A stretch of DNA of 64,000 nt from NCBI GenBank assembly GCA_937898525.1, contig CALCBC010000066.1, forward strand, positions 31,101-95,100. Direction: 5' to 3'. Below the pieces are notes generated by a model. The model was not told the origin of the DNA and ran no database searches. It was given only the letters and a program-made list of their open reading frames with translations. The position numbers and the translations under genes were made by a program. This document shows positions 46,595 through 56,272 of this stretch, piece after piece; the first letter of the stretch is position 1, and the number at the start of each line of letters is the position of its first letter. The DNA is from an uncultured Sphingomonadales bacterium. GTDB lineage: Bacteria; Pseudomonadota; Alphaproteobacteria; Sphingomonadales; Sphingomonadaceae.

Positions 46595-47572
46595 ATGGAC
46601 CGGCTTTCCGGTCATTTGGACCGTACTGAAGAAAACCTGTCGCATGGCGATGAGGGCGTTTTCGAGTTCGGGGGCGGTGACGAGCACCTCGTCGAAGAGA
46701 ACCGCCTTCACTCGGCCATTGATCGGCAGCTGTTCGAGCTGACCGAGCTCGATGTCCTCTACCGTGCCAGCGATGCCACGCTGTGGACTTTCATGCGGCC
46801 CGAGGGTCGGCCGAGCTTCACGCCCTCGATGCTTCACGATTTCGAGGCGTGGCAGCGGCTCATCGTCGAGAACTTTGGCCCGGGCCAGGTCCCGCTGCGC
46901 TACCTGATCCTCGGCAGCCGGTCTCCCGGCGTGTTCTGCTTCGGCGGTGACCTTTCGCTGTTCGAGCGATTGATCCGGACCGGCGACCGCGACGGGCTGG
47001 CCCGTTACGGCTATCGCTGCGTCGAGATTCTCCATCGCAACATGCATTCGCTCGACCTGCCGATGCTGACGATCGGCCTGGTCCAGGGCGCGGCACTCGG
47101 CGGAGGCTTCGAGGCGCTGCTGTCGTTCGACTACATTGTCGCCGAGCGCGATGCGACCTTCGGCCTGCCCGAGATCCTGTTCGGCCTCTTCCCCGGCATG
47201 GGCGCGCATGCGATTCTCTCGCGCAAGCTGGGCACCGCCATGGCCGATCGGTTGATCGTGTCGAACCACACCTACACCGCCGAAGAGATGTACGAGCTCG
47301 GCCTCGTTCACCACCTCGCGGAGCCCGGCGCGGGCCTGGCCGCTTGCGAGGAGTTCATCCGCAAGTGCGAGCGGCGCCATCCGGGTCTCGTCAATTCGCG
47401 CAAGGCAATGAAGCTGACCAACCCCATCGGGCTCGGCGAATTGAAGCGTATCGTCGACCTCTGGGCCGACGCCGCGCTGCAGCTCTCCGACGGCGACCTC
47501 AAGGTCATGAACCGCCTGACCCGCGCTCAGGAACGCGTGGGCGATCGCGCCGTCGCCGATCGTGCCGCCTGA
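46595..47572 (+). CDS. rpfF: RpfF-like DSF synthase (crotonase/enoyl-CoA hydratase superfamily)
   Basis: FCFGGDLSLFERLIRTGDRDGL, VQGAALGGGFEA, GLPEILFGLFPGMGA, IVDLWADAALQL, MNRLTRAQ closely parallel the motif series of Xanthomonas/Burkholderia RpfF. Confidence 0.8.
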   Translation: MDRLSGHLDRTEENLSHGDEGVFEFGGGDEHLVEENRLHSAIDRQLFELTELDVLYRASDATLWTFMRPEGRPSFTPSMLHDFEAWQRLIVENFGPGQVPLRYLILGSRSPGVFCFGGDLSLFERLIRTGDRDGLARYGYRCVEILHRNMHSLDLPMLTIGLVQGAALGGGFEALLSFDYIVAERDATFGLPEILFGLFPGMGAHAILSRKLGTAMADRLIVSNHTYTAEEMYELGLVHHLAEPGAGLAACEEFIRKCERRHPGLVNSRKAMKLTNPIGLGELKRIVDLWADAALQLSDGDLKVMNRLTRAQERVGDRAVADRAA

Positions 47573-47592
47573 CCAGGTACCCCGGGCCTGGG

Positions 47593-48702
47593 TCAGCTCG
47601 GCTCGCCGTGCCCCAGCGCCATGTACTCGGCGCTCTGCATTTCCCTCAGGCGGCTGACGGTTCGCGCGAATTCGAACTGCCCGTCTCCGGCCGGGTAGAG
47701 CCGTTCGGGCTCGGCCGCGGCTGAGGCGAGGAGCTTGACCTTGTTCTCGTAAAGCGCGTCGATCAGCGTGACGAAGCGCGCGGCCTCGTTGCGCATCTCG
47801 GGGCCCATGACCGGAATGCCGACCACGATAACCGTGTGGTACGTGTGCGCTATCGCCAGGTAGTCGGCGGCCCCGCGCGGCTCGCCGCAGAGCCGCTTGA
47901 AGCTGAACACCGCGACGCCCTTGAAGCTCTTCGGAACGTGCAGCGTCCGTCCGCCGCCGACGTCGAGCTCGGCCGAGGGCACGTGCGCCGCGTCCTCGGG
48001 CGGATAGTCGGTCAGGCGGAAGAACGCCTCGCGCAGCTGTGCGGTCGCGGCATCGCCGAGTGGAGTATGCCAGGTCGCCATGTCGCCGAGACGGTCGAGC
48101 CGGTAGTCGACCGGGCCGTTGAGCTCGAGCACGTCGAGCCTGGCTTCGATCAGCTCAATGAACGGCAGGAAATGTTCCCGGTTGAGGCCGTCCTTGTAGA
48201 GGTCGCGCGGCGGGCGGTTCGAGGTAGTCACCACGGTCACGCCCTCGTCGACGATCAGCGCCCGGAACAGCCGGCTCATGATCATCGCGTCGGCCGAATT
48301 GTTGACCACCATCTCGTCGAACGCGAGGCATCGCAGGTTCTCGGCCAGTGCGGCGGCGACTGGTGGCACGGGGTCGCCTTCCTCCGACTTGCGCGCCTCG
48401 CGCAGTCGCTGGTGCACCTCGAGCATGAAGGCGTGAAAGTGGACGCGGCGCTTGTCCGGGATGGCCAGCGTCTCGTGGAACAGGTCCATCAGCATCGACT
48501 TGCCGCGCCCAACGCCGCCCCAGAGGTAGACTCCGCGCACCGGCGCAGGCCTGCGGAAAACCCGCAGCAGACCGCGCGGCGTTTCAGTTTCGAGCGAGCG
48601 CTGAAGCGCGTCGAGCCGGGCTGCCGCCAGCTGTTGCTCGGGGTCGGGACGCAACTCGCCGGCCGCAACCAGCGCGTCGTAGCGGGCAAGCATTCCGCCC
48701 AT
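47593..48702 (-). CDS. zapE: AFG1-like ATPase ZapE
   Basis: YLWGGVGRGKSMLMD, FDEM, TSNRPP.DLY.DGLNR..FLPFI, RFVTLIDALYE. Confidence 0.93.
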   Translation of the reverse strand: MGGMLARYDALVAAGELRPDPEQQLAAARLDALQRSLETETPRGLLRVFRRPAPVRGVYLWGGVGRGKSMLMDLFHETLAIPDKRRVHFHAFMLEVHQRLREARKSEEGDPVPPVAAALAENLRCLAFDEMVVNNSADAMIMSRLFRALIVDEGVTVVTTSNRPPRDLYKDGLNREHFLPFIELIEARLDVLELNGPVDYRLDRLGDMATWHTPLGDAATAQLREAFFRLTDYPPEDAAHVPSAELDVGGGRTLHVPKSFKGVAVFSFKRLCGEPRGAADYLAIAHTYHTVIVVGIPVMGPEMRNEAARFVTLIDALYENKVKLLASAAAEPERLYPAGDGQFEFARTVSRLREMQSAEYMALGHGEPS

Positions 48703-49133
48703 CAGTCGCGCGGTTGCATGGCCTCGTACTTGGGCAGCTCCGGGTCGAAACGGTCCCAGGGAACCGCGTCCTTCATGTAGATCACGCTCTCCGGCGAAAC
48801 CGCGCCCGGATCATCGAGCGATCCGGCCTGGACCATGATGAACTCCCCGGGCAGGTCGCCCGAGGTGTACAGGCGCCCGCCGCAAGTCCCGCAGAAATGG
48901 CGCGTCACACTGCCGCCGGTATCGCCGACATTGGTGTAGGTCGCCGGGGTTCCGCTGAGTTCGAGCTGGCTGCGGTGGATGCCGACGATCGTCGTGTGGC
49001 CGGTGCCGGTCGCCTTCTGGCAATCCTTGCACGCGCACTGCGACACGAACAGCGTGGGCCCCGACAGGCGGTAGCGAATGGCGCCGCACAGGCAGCCGCC
49101 TTCGAGGGTTTCTCCCTCGCCGATACCGGGCAT
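48702..49133 (-). CDS. GFA (glutathione-dependent formaldehyde-activating/CENP-V) family protein
   Basis: GGCLCGAIRY, CACKDCQK, RHFCGTCG zinc-binding motifs. Confidence 0.88.
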   Translation of the reverse strand: MPGIGEGETLEGGCLCGAIRYRLSGPTLFVSQCACKDCQKATGTGHTTIVGIHRSQLELSGTPATYTNVGDTGGSVTRHFCGTCGGRLYTSGDLPGEFIMVQAGSLDDPGAVSPESVIYMKDAVPWDRFDPELPKYEAMQPRD

Positions 49134-49912
49134 CAGACCTGGCGCTCCACCTGGAGCTTCTTGATTTCGGCAATCGCCTTTGCCGGGTTCAGCCCCTTGG
49201 GGCAGACGTTGGCGCAGTTCATGATGGTGTGGCAGCGGTACAGCCGGAACGGGTCCTCCAGCTGGTCGAGCCGTTCCCCGGTCATTTCGTCACGACTGTC
49301 CGCCAGCCAGCGGTAGGCCTGAAGCAGGATCGCGGGGCCGAGGAACTTGTCCGAATTCCACCAATAGCTCGGGCACGCCGTCGAGCAGCAGGCACACAGG
49401 ATGCACTCGTAGAGTCCGTCGAGCTTTTCGCGCTGCTCGGGGCTCTGCAGGCGTTCCTTGCTGGGCGTTGTGGTCACGGTCTGCAGCCATGGTCGGATCG
49501 AGGCGTACTGCGCGTAGAAGTGGGAGAAGTCCGGGACGAGGTCCTTGATCACCTCCATGTGGGGGAGGGGGGTGATGCGAATCTCGCCGGACAGATCCTC
49601 GATCGCCGTGGTGCAGGCGAGGCCGTTGCGGCCGTTGATGTTCATCGAACAGGAACCGCAGATGCCCTCGCGGCACGAACGGCGGAAGGTCAGTGTCGGA
49701 TCGATCTCGTTCTTGATCTTGATCAGCGCGTCGAGGACCATCGGCCCGCAATCGTCGAGATCGATCTCGAACAGGTCGTAGCGCGGGTTCTCCCCGCTCT
49801 CGGGGTCCCAGCGGTAGATCCTGAAGGTTTGGACGCGCTTGGCCCCTTGTGCCTTGTGCTCGCGGCCCTTTGGGTTGATCCGGCTGTTCTTGGGCAGGGT
49901 AAAGGTGGCCAT
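49133..49912 (-). CDS. sdhB: Succinate dehydrogenase iron-sulfur subunit
   Basis: [48 protein letters not shown]. Start moved to ATG 49912. Confidence 0.97.
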   Translation of the reverse strand: MATFTLPKNSRINPKGREHKAQGAKRVQTFRIYRWDPESGENPRYDLFEIDLDDCGPMVLDALIKIKNEIDPTLTFRRSCREGICGSCSMNINGRNGLACTTAIEDLSGEIRITPLPHMEVIKDLVPDFSHFYAQYASIRPWLQTVTTTPSKERLQSPEQREKLDGLYECILCACCSTACPSYWWNSDKFLGPAILLQAYRWLADSRDEMTGERLDQLEDPFRLYRCHTIMNCANVCPKGLNPAKAIAEIKKLQVERQV

Positions 49913-50076
49913 CTGCTGTCCTCGGTTGTGCGGCCTATCTAGCGATCCACGGCCGCGGGGCAAGCGAGCGTTGCCACGGCGGACCGGTTATCGCGACAGG
50001 CCGGTCGGGTCGTCGCCGGGAACGGGCCTGTGGCCGGGGGGGTCGCCTAACGACATCCGTGCCCGAGGAACCCCCG

Positions 50077-50664
50077 ATGAAACAGGAACAGCTCAGCGAA
50101 ACGGTCGAGCGCGACGACGCGCCGATCACCGCCGCCAGGGACATCCATCCCGACCGCACTCTGGTGGCGGAGAGCGTCACGATCAGCCGTTCGGCGCAGG
50201 ACCTCTACGATTTCTGGCGCAATCCGGCGAACCTGGTCCAGGTGCTGGAGAACCTGGTTTCGATCGAGGTGCGCGACAGGCATCGTTCGCTCTGGACCGT
50301 GAAGGCGCCGGGCGGAAACGAAGTGAGCTGGGAATCGGTCGTCACAAAGGAAGAGCCCGGGCGCGAGATCTACTGGCAGTCGGCTGAGGGTGCTGACGTC
50401 GCGAACAGCGGGCGGATCACATTCGCCGACGCGGGAGATCGCGGGACCGTCGTGCGGGCCGTCATCGCCTATAGTCCGCCGGGCGGGGCTATCGGTCGGA
50501 CCATCGCCAGGCTGTTCCAGCGCGAGCCCCGCCTGCAGACGAGGCGAGACCTGCACCGCTTCAAGCAGCTGATGGAAGCCGGCGAGATCGCCACAAGTGC
50601 GCGCAACCGCCGCCAGCGCGACGAGCGCAACGAGGACCAGGCCCTGGCGGAGAAGCGGACATGA
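50077..50664 (+). CDS. SRPBCC (polyketide cyclase/dehydrase fold) protein
   Basis: [56 protein letters not shown]. Confidence 0.85.
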   Translation: MKQEQLSETVERDDAPITAARDIHPDRTLVAESVTISRSAQDLYDFWRNPANLVQVLENLVSIEVRDRHRSLWTVKAPGGNEVSWESVVTKEEPGREIYWQSAEGADVANSGRITFADAGDRGTVVRAVIAYSPPGGAIGRTIARLFQREPRLQTRRDLHRFKQLMEAGEIATSARNRRQRDERNEDQALAEKRT

Positions 50665-51854
50665 AAGCGATCACCTGGCATGGCAAGCACGACGTCCGCT
50701 GCGAGACGGTCGACGACCCCGAGATCCTCAATCCGAGAGACGCGGTCATCCGCGTCACTTCGACGGCCATCTGCGGCTCCGACCTGCACCTGTACGACGG
50801 CTACATCCCCTCGCTGAAGCCCGGCGACGTGCTCGGCCACGAGTTCATGGGAGAGGTCGTCGAGGCGGGCTCAGCGAGCACGCTGCGGCCCGGGCAGCGG
50901 GTGGTGGTCCCATTCACGATCTCGTGCGGACGGTGCTATCACTGCAGCAAGCAGCAGTACTCGGGATGCGAGAACGGCAATCCTGCCGACAAGCAGGACA
51001 TGGGCCGCGAGCTCTACGGTCAGCCGATGGCCGGGCTGTTCGGATACAGCCACCTGACCGGCGGCTATTCGGGCGGGCAGGCCGAATATGTGCGGGTCCC
51101 GTTCTCGGACTTCGGTCCGCTGGTCATCCCCGACGACAGCATCGACGACGACAAGGTGCTGTTCCTGACAGACATCCTGCCGACCGGATGGATGGCGGCG
51201 GAGAACGCCGGAATCGAGCCGGGAGACACGGTGGCGGTGTGGGGCTGCGGTCCGGTTGGCCTGTTCGCGGTCCAGTCGGCGTTCCTCATGGGGGCGGAGC
51301 GGGTCATCGCGATCGACCACTTCCATCATCGGCTCGAGCTGGCCCGTCGGTTCGGCGCCGAGACGATCGATTTCGAGCAGAGCAAGGTCTACGAGGCGCT
51401 GCAGGACATGACCGGCGGGATCGGCCCCGACGCGTCGATCGACTGCGTCGGTCTGGAAGCGCACGGTGCCTTCGCCGACAACATCTGGGACCAGATCAAG
51501 GTGTCGACGCTCCTGGGCACCGATCGCGGCCATGTGATCCGGCAGGTGATCCTTGCCACACGCAAGGGCGGCCGGATTTCGATGCCCGGGGTCTACGGCG
51601 GCGTGCTCGACAAGTTTCCGCTCGGCGCGCTGATGCAGAAGGGCCTGACGCTCAGGACCGGCCAGACCCACGTGCAACGCTACCTGCGTCCGCTCTACAC
51701 GGCGATCGCCGAGGGCAAGATCGATTCGACGTTCCTCATCAGCCATCGTCTGCCGCTCGACCAGGGGCCCGAGGGGTACCGGAAGTTCCACGACGAACAG
51801 GACACCTGCACCAAGATCGTCTTGAAGCCTGGCCTCGAAGCATTGTCGGCCTGA
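50661..51854 (+). CDS. Zinc-dependent alcohol dehydrogenase (formaldehyde dehydrogenase-like)
   Basis: ICGSDLH, GHEFMG, structural-zinc CGRCYHC...C, DILPTG, GCGPVG. Confidence 0.9.
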   Translation: MKAITWHGKHDVRCETVDDPEILNPRDAVIRVTSTAICGSDLHLYDGYIPSLKPGDVLGHEFMGEVVEAGSASTLRPGQRVVVPFTISCGRCYHCSKQQYSGCENGNPADKQDMGRELYGQPMAGLFGYSHLTGGYSGGQAEYVRVPFSDFGPLVIPDDSIDDDKVLFLTDILPTGWMAAENAGIEPGDTVAVWGCGPVGLFAVQSAFLMGAERVIAIDHFHHRLELARRFGAETIDFEQSKVYEALQDMTGGIGPDASIDCVGLEAHGAFADNIWDQIKVSTLLGTDRGHVIRQVILATRKGGRISMPGVYGGVLDKFPLGALMQKGLTLRTGQTHVQRYLRPLYTAIAEGKIDSTFLISHRLPLDQGPEGYRKFHDEQDTCTKIVLKPGLEALSA

Positions 51855-51884
51855 ACGGCAGCGCGAAAAAGTTTTCCCGCCGTC

Positions 51885-51911
51885 TGTCGAATATGCCAGT
51901 CGCCATTCGTC
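51885..51911 (+). promoter_or_regulatory. ECF42-type sigma factor target promoter
   Basis: TGTCGA-N17-CGTC about 50 bp upstream of the DGPF/YciI gene, matching the ECF42 -35 TGTCGA / -10 CG(A/T)C motif. Confidence 0.7.
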
Positions 51912-51960
51912 GATGGGGTACGGGCCGGACGGCGGCCCGACCATCGAAGGAGAGTTGACG

Positions 51961-52383
51961 ATGCGAGTGCTGGTGTTCGTGAAGGCGACCGAGGACAGCG
52001 AGCAGGGCCGGATGGCTCCGCCCGAGCTGCTCGAGGCGATGGGCCGGTTCAACGAGGAGCTGGTCAACGCCGGGATCATGCTCGGTGGCGACGGGCTCAA
52101 GCCGAGCTCATACGGCAAGCGGGTCGCGTTTGACGGGCCCATCCGCACGGTGATCGACGGCCCGTTCGCGGAAACCCGCGAGCTGGTCGCCGGCTACTGG
52201 ATCTGGGAAGTCAAGGACATGGACGAGGCGGTCGCCTGGGTGAAGCGCTGCCCGAACCCGATGTTCGGGCCGAGCGAGATCGAGATCCGTCCGGTCTATG
52301 AGATGTCCGACTTCGACGAGATCATGACCCCCGAGGCCGAGGCTGTCCACGAGCGCGTGCGGCAGAAGCTCGAAGACCGCTAG
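51961..52383 (+). CDS. YciI/DGPF family protein
   Basis: ELVNAGIMLGGDGL, DGPFAETRELVAGYWIW, IEIRP. Confidence 0.92.
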   Translation: MRVLVFVKATEDSEQGRMAPPELLEAMGRFNEELVNAGIMLGGDGLKPSSYGKRVAFDGPIRTVIDGPFAETRELVAGYWIWEVKDMDEAVAWVKRCPNPMFGPSEIEIRPVYEMSDFDEIMTPEAEAVHERVRQKLEDR

Positions 52384-52438
52384 AACCCGTTCCGCCGCCG
52401 CGCTTGCCTCGGCCCCGGGCATCGGGGACAAGGCCGGC

Positions 52439-53707
52439 ATGGCGGCGGACGAAGCCCGGAGAGCGGTCGAAGCCACGTTCCGGATAGAACGGGCGCGGCT
52501 CGTCGCCGGTCTCGCGCGCATGGTCCGCGACGTGGACCGTGCGGAGGAGCTGGCGCAGGAGGCGCTGCTCATTGCGCTCGCCGATTGGCCGAAGAGCGGG
52601 GTTCCCGACCGGCCCGGTGCCTGGCTCATGGCGGCGGCGAAACGTCGCGCGATCGACGGGATTCGGCGCGAGCGCATGGTTGAGCGCAAGCATGCCGAGA
52701 TCGCCCGCGAGCTGGACCAGGAAGACGCGAGCGCCGAGGCAATCGAGGCGGCGATCGACGACGACCTCGGTGACGAGCTGCTCGGCCTGATCTTCACCGC
52801 CTGCCACCCGGTGCTGTCCCGCGATGCCCGCGCGGCGCTGACGCTGCGGCTGATCGGCGGGCTGACGACCGAGGAAATCGCGCGGGCGTTCCTGGCGAGC
52901 GAGCCCACGATCGCGCAGCGTATCGTCCGGGCCAAGAAGGCGATCGCTCGTGCAGGGCTGGCGTTCGAAGTGCCGCGCGGCGCCGACCGGCAGCAGCGCC
53001 TGGCCTCGGTTCTCGAGGTGATCTACCTGATCTTCAACGAAGGCTACGCGGCGACCGCGGGTGACGAACTCGTCCGGCCGGCACTGTGCGAAGAGGCCCG
53101 GCGGCTCGGGCGCATCCTTGCCGGACTGATGCCCGACGAATCCGAGGTCCTTGGCCTGGTCGCACTGATGGAGCTGCAGGCCTCGCGTCTTGCGGCCCGG
53201 ACCGGACCCGATGGCGCTCTTGTGCCGCTCCCGGAGCAGAACCGTGCGCGCTGGGACCAGCTTCTGATCCGGCGCGGCCTCGAAGCGCTGGCGCGGGCCG
53301 AAGCCCTTGGCGGTGCCAATGGGCCCTACGCGCTGCAGGCGGCGCTGGCCGCGTGCCACGCCCGAGCGGGGCGGGCGGAGGAGACCGACTGGCCGCGGAT
53401 CGCCGGTCTCTACGACAGGCTGAGTGAAGAAATGCCGTCACCCGTGGTCGAGCTGAACCGGGCCGTGGCGCACAGCATGGCGTTCGGGCCCGATGCGGGC
53501 CTCCGGCTCGTCGAGGCGATCGCGGACGAGCCCCGCCTGCGCGACTACGCGCCCCTGCGCGCGGCACGCGGAGACTTTCTGTTTCGGGCCGGGCGGTTCG
53601 AGCAGGCGAAGGCGCAGTTCGAGGAAGCAGCGCGCCTGACGCGCAACGCGCGCGAGCGCGCCTTCCTGCTGGCGCGGGCAGAAGCCTGCGCCGCGGGTGT
53701 CGGCTAG
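52439..53707 (+). CDS. ECF sigma factor with C-terminal TPR-like extension (ECF42-type)
   Basis: Sigma2 (AEELAQEA, WLMAAAKRRAID), sigma4 (GLTTEEIARAF...QRIVRAK), long C-terminal extension (YLIFNEGY, SPVVELNRAVA). Adjacent to a DGPF gene. Confidence 0.88.
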   Translation: MAADEARRAVEATFRIERARLVAGLARMVRDVDRAEELAQEALLIALADWPKSGVPDRPGAWLMAAAKRRAIDGIRRERMVERKHAEIARELDQEDASAEAIEAAIDDDLGDELLGLIFTACHPVLSRDARAALTLRLIGGLTTEEIARAFLASEPTIAQRIVRAKKAIARAGLAFEVPRGADRQQRLASVLEVIYLIFNEGYAATAGDELVRPALCEEARRLGRILAGLMPDESEVLGLVALMELQASRLAARTGPDGALVPLPEQNRARWDQLLIRRGLEALARAEALGGANGPYALQAALAACHARAGRAEETDWPRIAGLYDRLSEEMPSPVVELNRAVAHSMAFGPDAGLRLVEAIADEPRLRDYAPLRAARGDFLFRAGRFEQAKAQFEEAARLTRNARERAFLLARAEACAAGVG

Positions 53708-54702
53708 ATCAGCTTCCAGCGGCGCAGCGAGTCCGCCAGGATCGTCTCGATCAACTGGGGATGCGTCAGCCCGGCGAGCTTGGCCGCGCGGCCGAAGACC
53801 TTCTCGGACCACAGGTTGCAGTTGAGATTGACCTCGAGGAACCTCACCTCGCCGGTGTCCTCGTTCACCCGGAACTCGAACCGGCCATAGTCGAACGGGC
53901 GGTACTCCGCGTAGAGCTTGGTGGTGTACTCCGAGATCAGCGCCGAGATCTTCTCGTCCTCGAACGGGTCGAGCGAGTACTTGGCGCTGCGGTCGACCAG
54001 GTCGCGCTTCTCGTAATAGGTCCTGAGATGGCTCGGATCGGCCTGGCGGAAGATCATCTTCGGCAGGATCACCGGGTCGCCCATGGTGATCACCGGTACC
54101 TCGACGTCGCTGCCGACGAGAAACGGTTCCACGATCGCATCGTGCCCTTCGTCATGCAACTCCTCGACGGCGCGCGCGACACCGGGCCAGTCGGTCGCGT
54201 CACGCACGCCCCAGCTCGCCGACGAAGCGTTGGGCTTGATGACCCACCGCTCGGCGGGCGGGCAGACGCTCTCGCTGACAGGCGCGCCGCGGCGGTAGAT
54301 CGCCCACGGCGCCGTCGGCACGCCGGCTGCCACGGCCGCGCGCTTGGCCAGCGCCTTGTCATCGCTGAGCCCCCGCAGGATCGGGCTCGCGCCGACGAAA
54401 GGCAGGCCGAGGCGCGTGCACAGCAGCGGGCACAGCATCTCCGAGTTGAGGAACCCCGCGCGGTTGAGCAGCGGGAAGACGAAGTCGACCTCGGGCCGCT
54501 CGAACAGGACCTCGAACCTGTCGGCCAGCACCAGGTTCAGGCCGAGCTCCTCGAGGATCGTGCGGATTTCCACGTGGTACACGGCATGGTTGCCGTCCTC
54601 GGGATGGAGACCGCCGCGCCACAGCGCGTGCTTGGCGATGAACAGGAAGCGCAGCCGCTCCCGGGCCTCCGCCGGAATCACGAGCGGCGACAAGGGGTGC
54701 AA
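53704..54702 (-). CDS. D-Ala-D-Ala ligase-like ATP-grasp enzyme of unknown substrate
   Basis: LGLPFVGAS, DDKALAK, WVIKPNASSASWGV, VEPFL, YYEK, YGRFEF, FLEVN. TTG start at 54702 inferred. Confidence 0.75.
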   Translation of the reverse strand: MHPLSPLVIPAEARERLRFLFIAKHALWRGGLHPEDGNHAVYHVEIRTILEELGLNLVLADRFEVLFERPEVDFVFPLLNRAGFLNSEMLCPLLCTRLGLPFVGASPILRGLSDDKALAKRAAVAAGVPTAPWAIYRRGAPVSESVCPPAERWVIKPNASSASWGVRDATDWPGVARAVEELHDEGHDAIVEPFLVGSDVEVPVITMGDPVILPKMIFRQADPSHLRTYYEKRDLVDRSAKYSLDPFEDEKISALISEYTTKLYAEYRPFDYGRFEFRVNEDTGEVRFLEVNLNCNLWSEKVFGRAAKLAGLTHPQLIETILADSLRRWKLI

Positions 54703-54796
54703 ATTCGACGGTGACAAAGCGTGTGAGCCCTTTCGTCGGAAATTTTTCGCGGCCATATGGGGGCGTGCGCTCGCAGCAAACCCCAAAAATCCGCAT

Positions 54797-56272
54797 ATGC
54801 CCCTGACGCGCGAATTGCGGCTTCCCACTTTGGCGGGCGACGTCGAACCCGACGAGGCCGCGATGCGGGCCATCGAGTTGCTCTCGAGCGGGGGGGACTC
54901 GCGTATTACCCTCGATCCGGTAACCGGCCTGAACAAGTATCTTTCGGGGCCCTATCCGCGCACGACGCTGGCTTATGCCTCGTCGACCGCGAACGACATG
55001 TCGCATGAGGCTTTCGCGCGCATTCTCGAACTGGCGGACAAGGCCGGCAGGGACGAGGAGGCGCAACTCGAGCGGCTGCGGTCGCGCCTCAGGGCCGCCT
55101 ACCGGCTGCCGGACGACTGCGCCATCGTCTTCGCCCCTTCGGGCACCGATCTCGAATATGTCGCCCTGGCGGCCGTTGCCGGTCGATCGCCGGGGGGAAT
55201 CCACAACATCCTGCTCGGCGCGGACGAGGTCGGAAGCGGCTGCATCCAGTCGGCCCACGGCCGGTTCTTCGCCGAGGTCACCGCGCGCGGCCTTCCGGTG
55301 GAACCCGGCCAGTGCCTGGCCGGGCTGGAGCGGGTCAGCCTTGCCGACGTTCCCGTCCGCTGCGCCCGGGGCATAGCCCGGTCGAGCAGCGCGGTCGCCG
55401 CCGAGATAGCGACCGAGCTGGCGCTCGCCCGCGGCATGTCGCGCCACGCGCTCGTGCACGTGGTCCACGGCTCCAAGACCGGGCTCGTGCTGCCCGAGCT
55501 GGAGGACATCGACCGTCTCCGGCGCGAGTGGGGCGAGGGCGCGACGTTCGTCATCGACGCGTGCCAGGCCCGCATCACGACCGAGGCGCTGCACGCCTAT
55601 CTCAACCGGGATGCGATCGTCTTCCTGACCGGGTCGAAGTTCATGGGCGGCCCGCCGTTCAACGGCTTCGCGATCATACCCGCGGGGGTGGCCGAGCGGG
55701 CCGGGACGCTGCCGCCGGGCCTTGCGGGCGTGTTCAGCCGGATCGAATGGCCGCGGGGCTGGCCCGGTCGCGAGACGCTGCCCGACGAAAGCAACACCGG
55801 CCTGTGGCTCCGCTTCGAAGCCTCGATCTTCGAGCTCGAACGGTTCCAGGCGCTGCCGATGGCGGCCGTCGAGCGAGTGATCGCCGCGTTCCAGGCCGCC
55901 TTGCGCGACGGACTCGCGACGCCGCTGGGCTTCTCGTTCGTGCGTCCTTCGCCCCCGGGCGAGGACGACGAAGAGATCGAGCACCCGATCGAGATGCGCA
56001 CGCTGGCGACGCTCGACGTCAGCCGTTTCCCGGGCGCCTGCAGCTTCGAGGATGCGCAGCGCCTGCACCGCGAACTGGCGCTCGGCGGCATCCGTCTCGG
56101 CCAGCCGGCGCGGTGCGTGCGCAACGGCGGGCCCGAATGGGGCGGCACGCTGCGCGTTGGCCTGTCGATGCCGCAGATCGTCGCCTTCGCGAAGCTGGAC
56201 GAGGCCGATCTCGACCGGCGCCTCGTCGGCGACATGGAGCGCATCGCCGGGGCGCTGCGGGCGGCTGCCTAG
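54797..56272 (+). CDS. Uncharacterised fold-type I PLP-dependent enzyme-like protein
   Basis: FAPSGTD, HVVHGSKTGL, VIDACQAR, LTGSKFMGGPPF (Asp and Lys positions typical of PLP fold I). Start moved to ATG 54797. Confidence 0.65.
   Translation: MPLTRELRLPTLAGDVEPDEAAMRAIELLSSGGDSRITLDPVTGLNKYLSGPYPRTTLAYASSTANDMSHEAFARILELADKAGRDEEAQLERLRSRLRAAYRLPDDCAIVFAPSGTDLEYVALAAVAGRSPGGIHNILLGADEVGSGCIQSAHGRFFAEVTARGLPVEPGQCLAGLERVSLADVPVRCARGIARSSSAVAAEIATELALARGMSRHALVHVVHGSKTGLVLPELEDIDRLRREWGEGATFVIDACQARITTEALHAYLNRDAIVFLTGSKFMGGPPFNGFAIIPAGVAERAGTLPPGLAGVFSRIEWPRGWPGRETLPDESNTGLWLRFEASIFELERFQALPMAAVERVIAAFQAALRDGLATPLGFSFVRPSPPGEDDEEIEHPIEMRTLATLDVSRFPGACSFEDAQRLHRELALGGIRLGQPARCVRNGGPEWGGTLRVGLSMPQIVAFAKLDEADLDRRLVGDMERIAGALRAAA

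Noticed and set aside
50019-50045. GGAAC upstream of the SRPBCC/Zn-dehydrogenase pair as an EcfG promoter
   Set aside because: No CGTT -10 element at 16-17 nt spacing.
53704-54936. Calling the ATP-grasp gene ddl, and its ORF-track N-terminal extension to 54936
   Set aside because: The D-Ala-binding N-terminal motif is missing and the gene is not in a dcw cluster. The extension would overlap the divergent PLP gene start.
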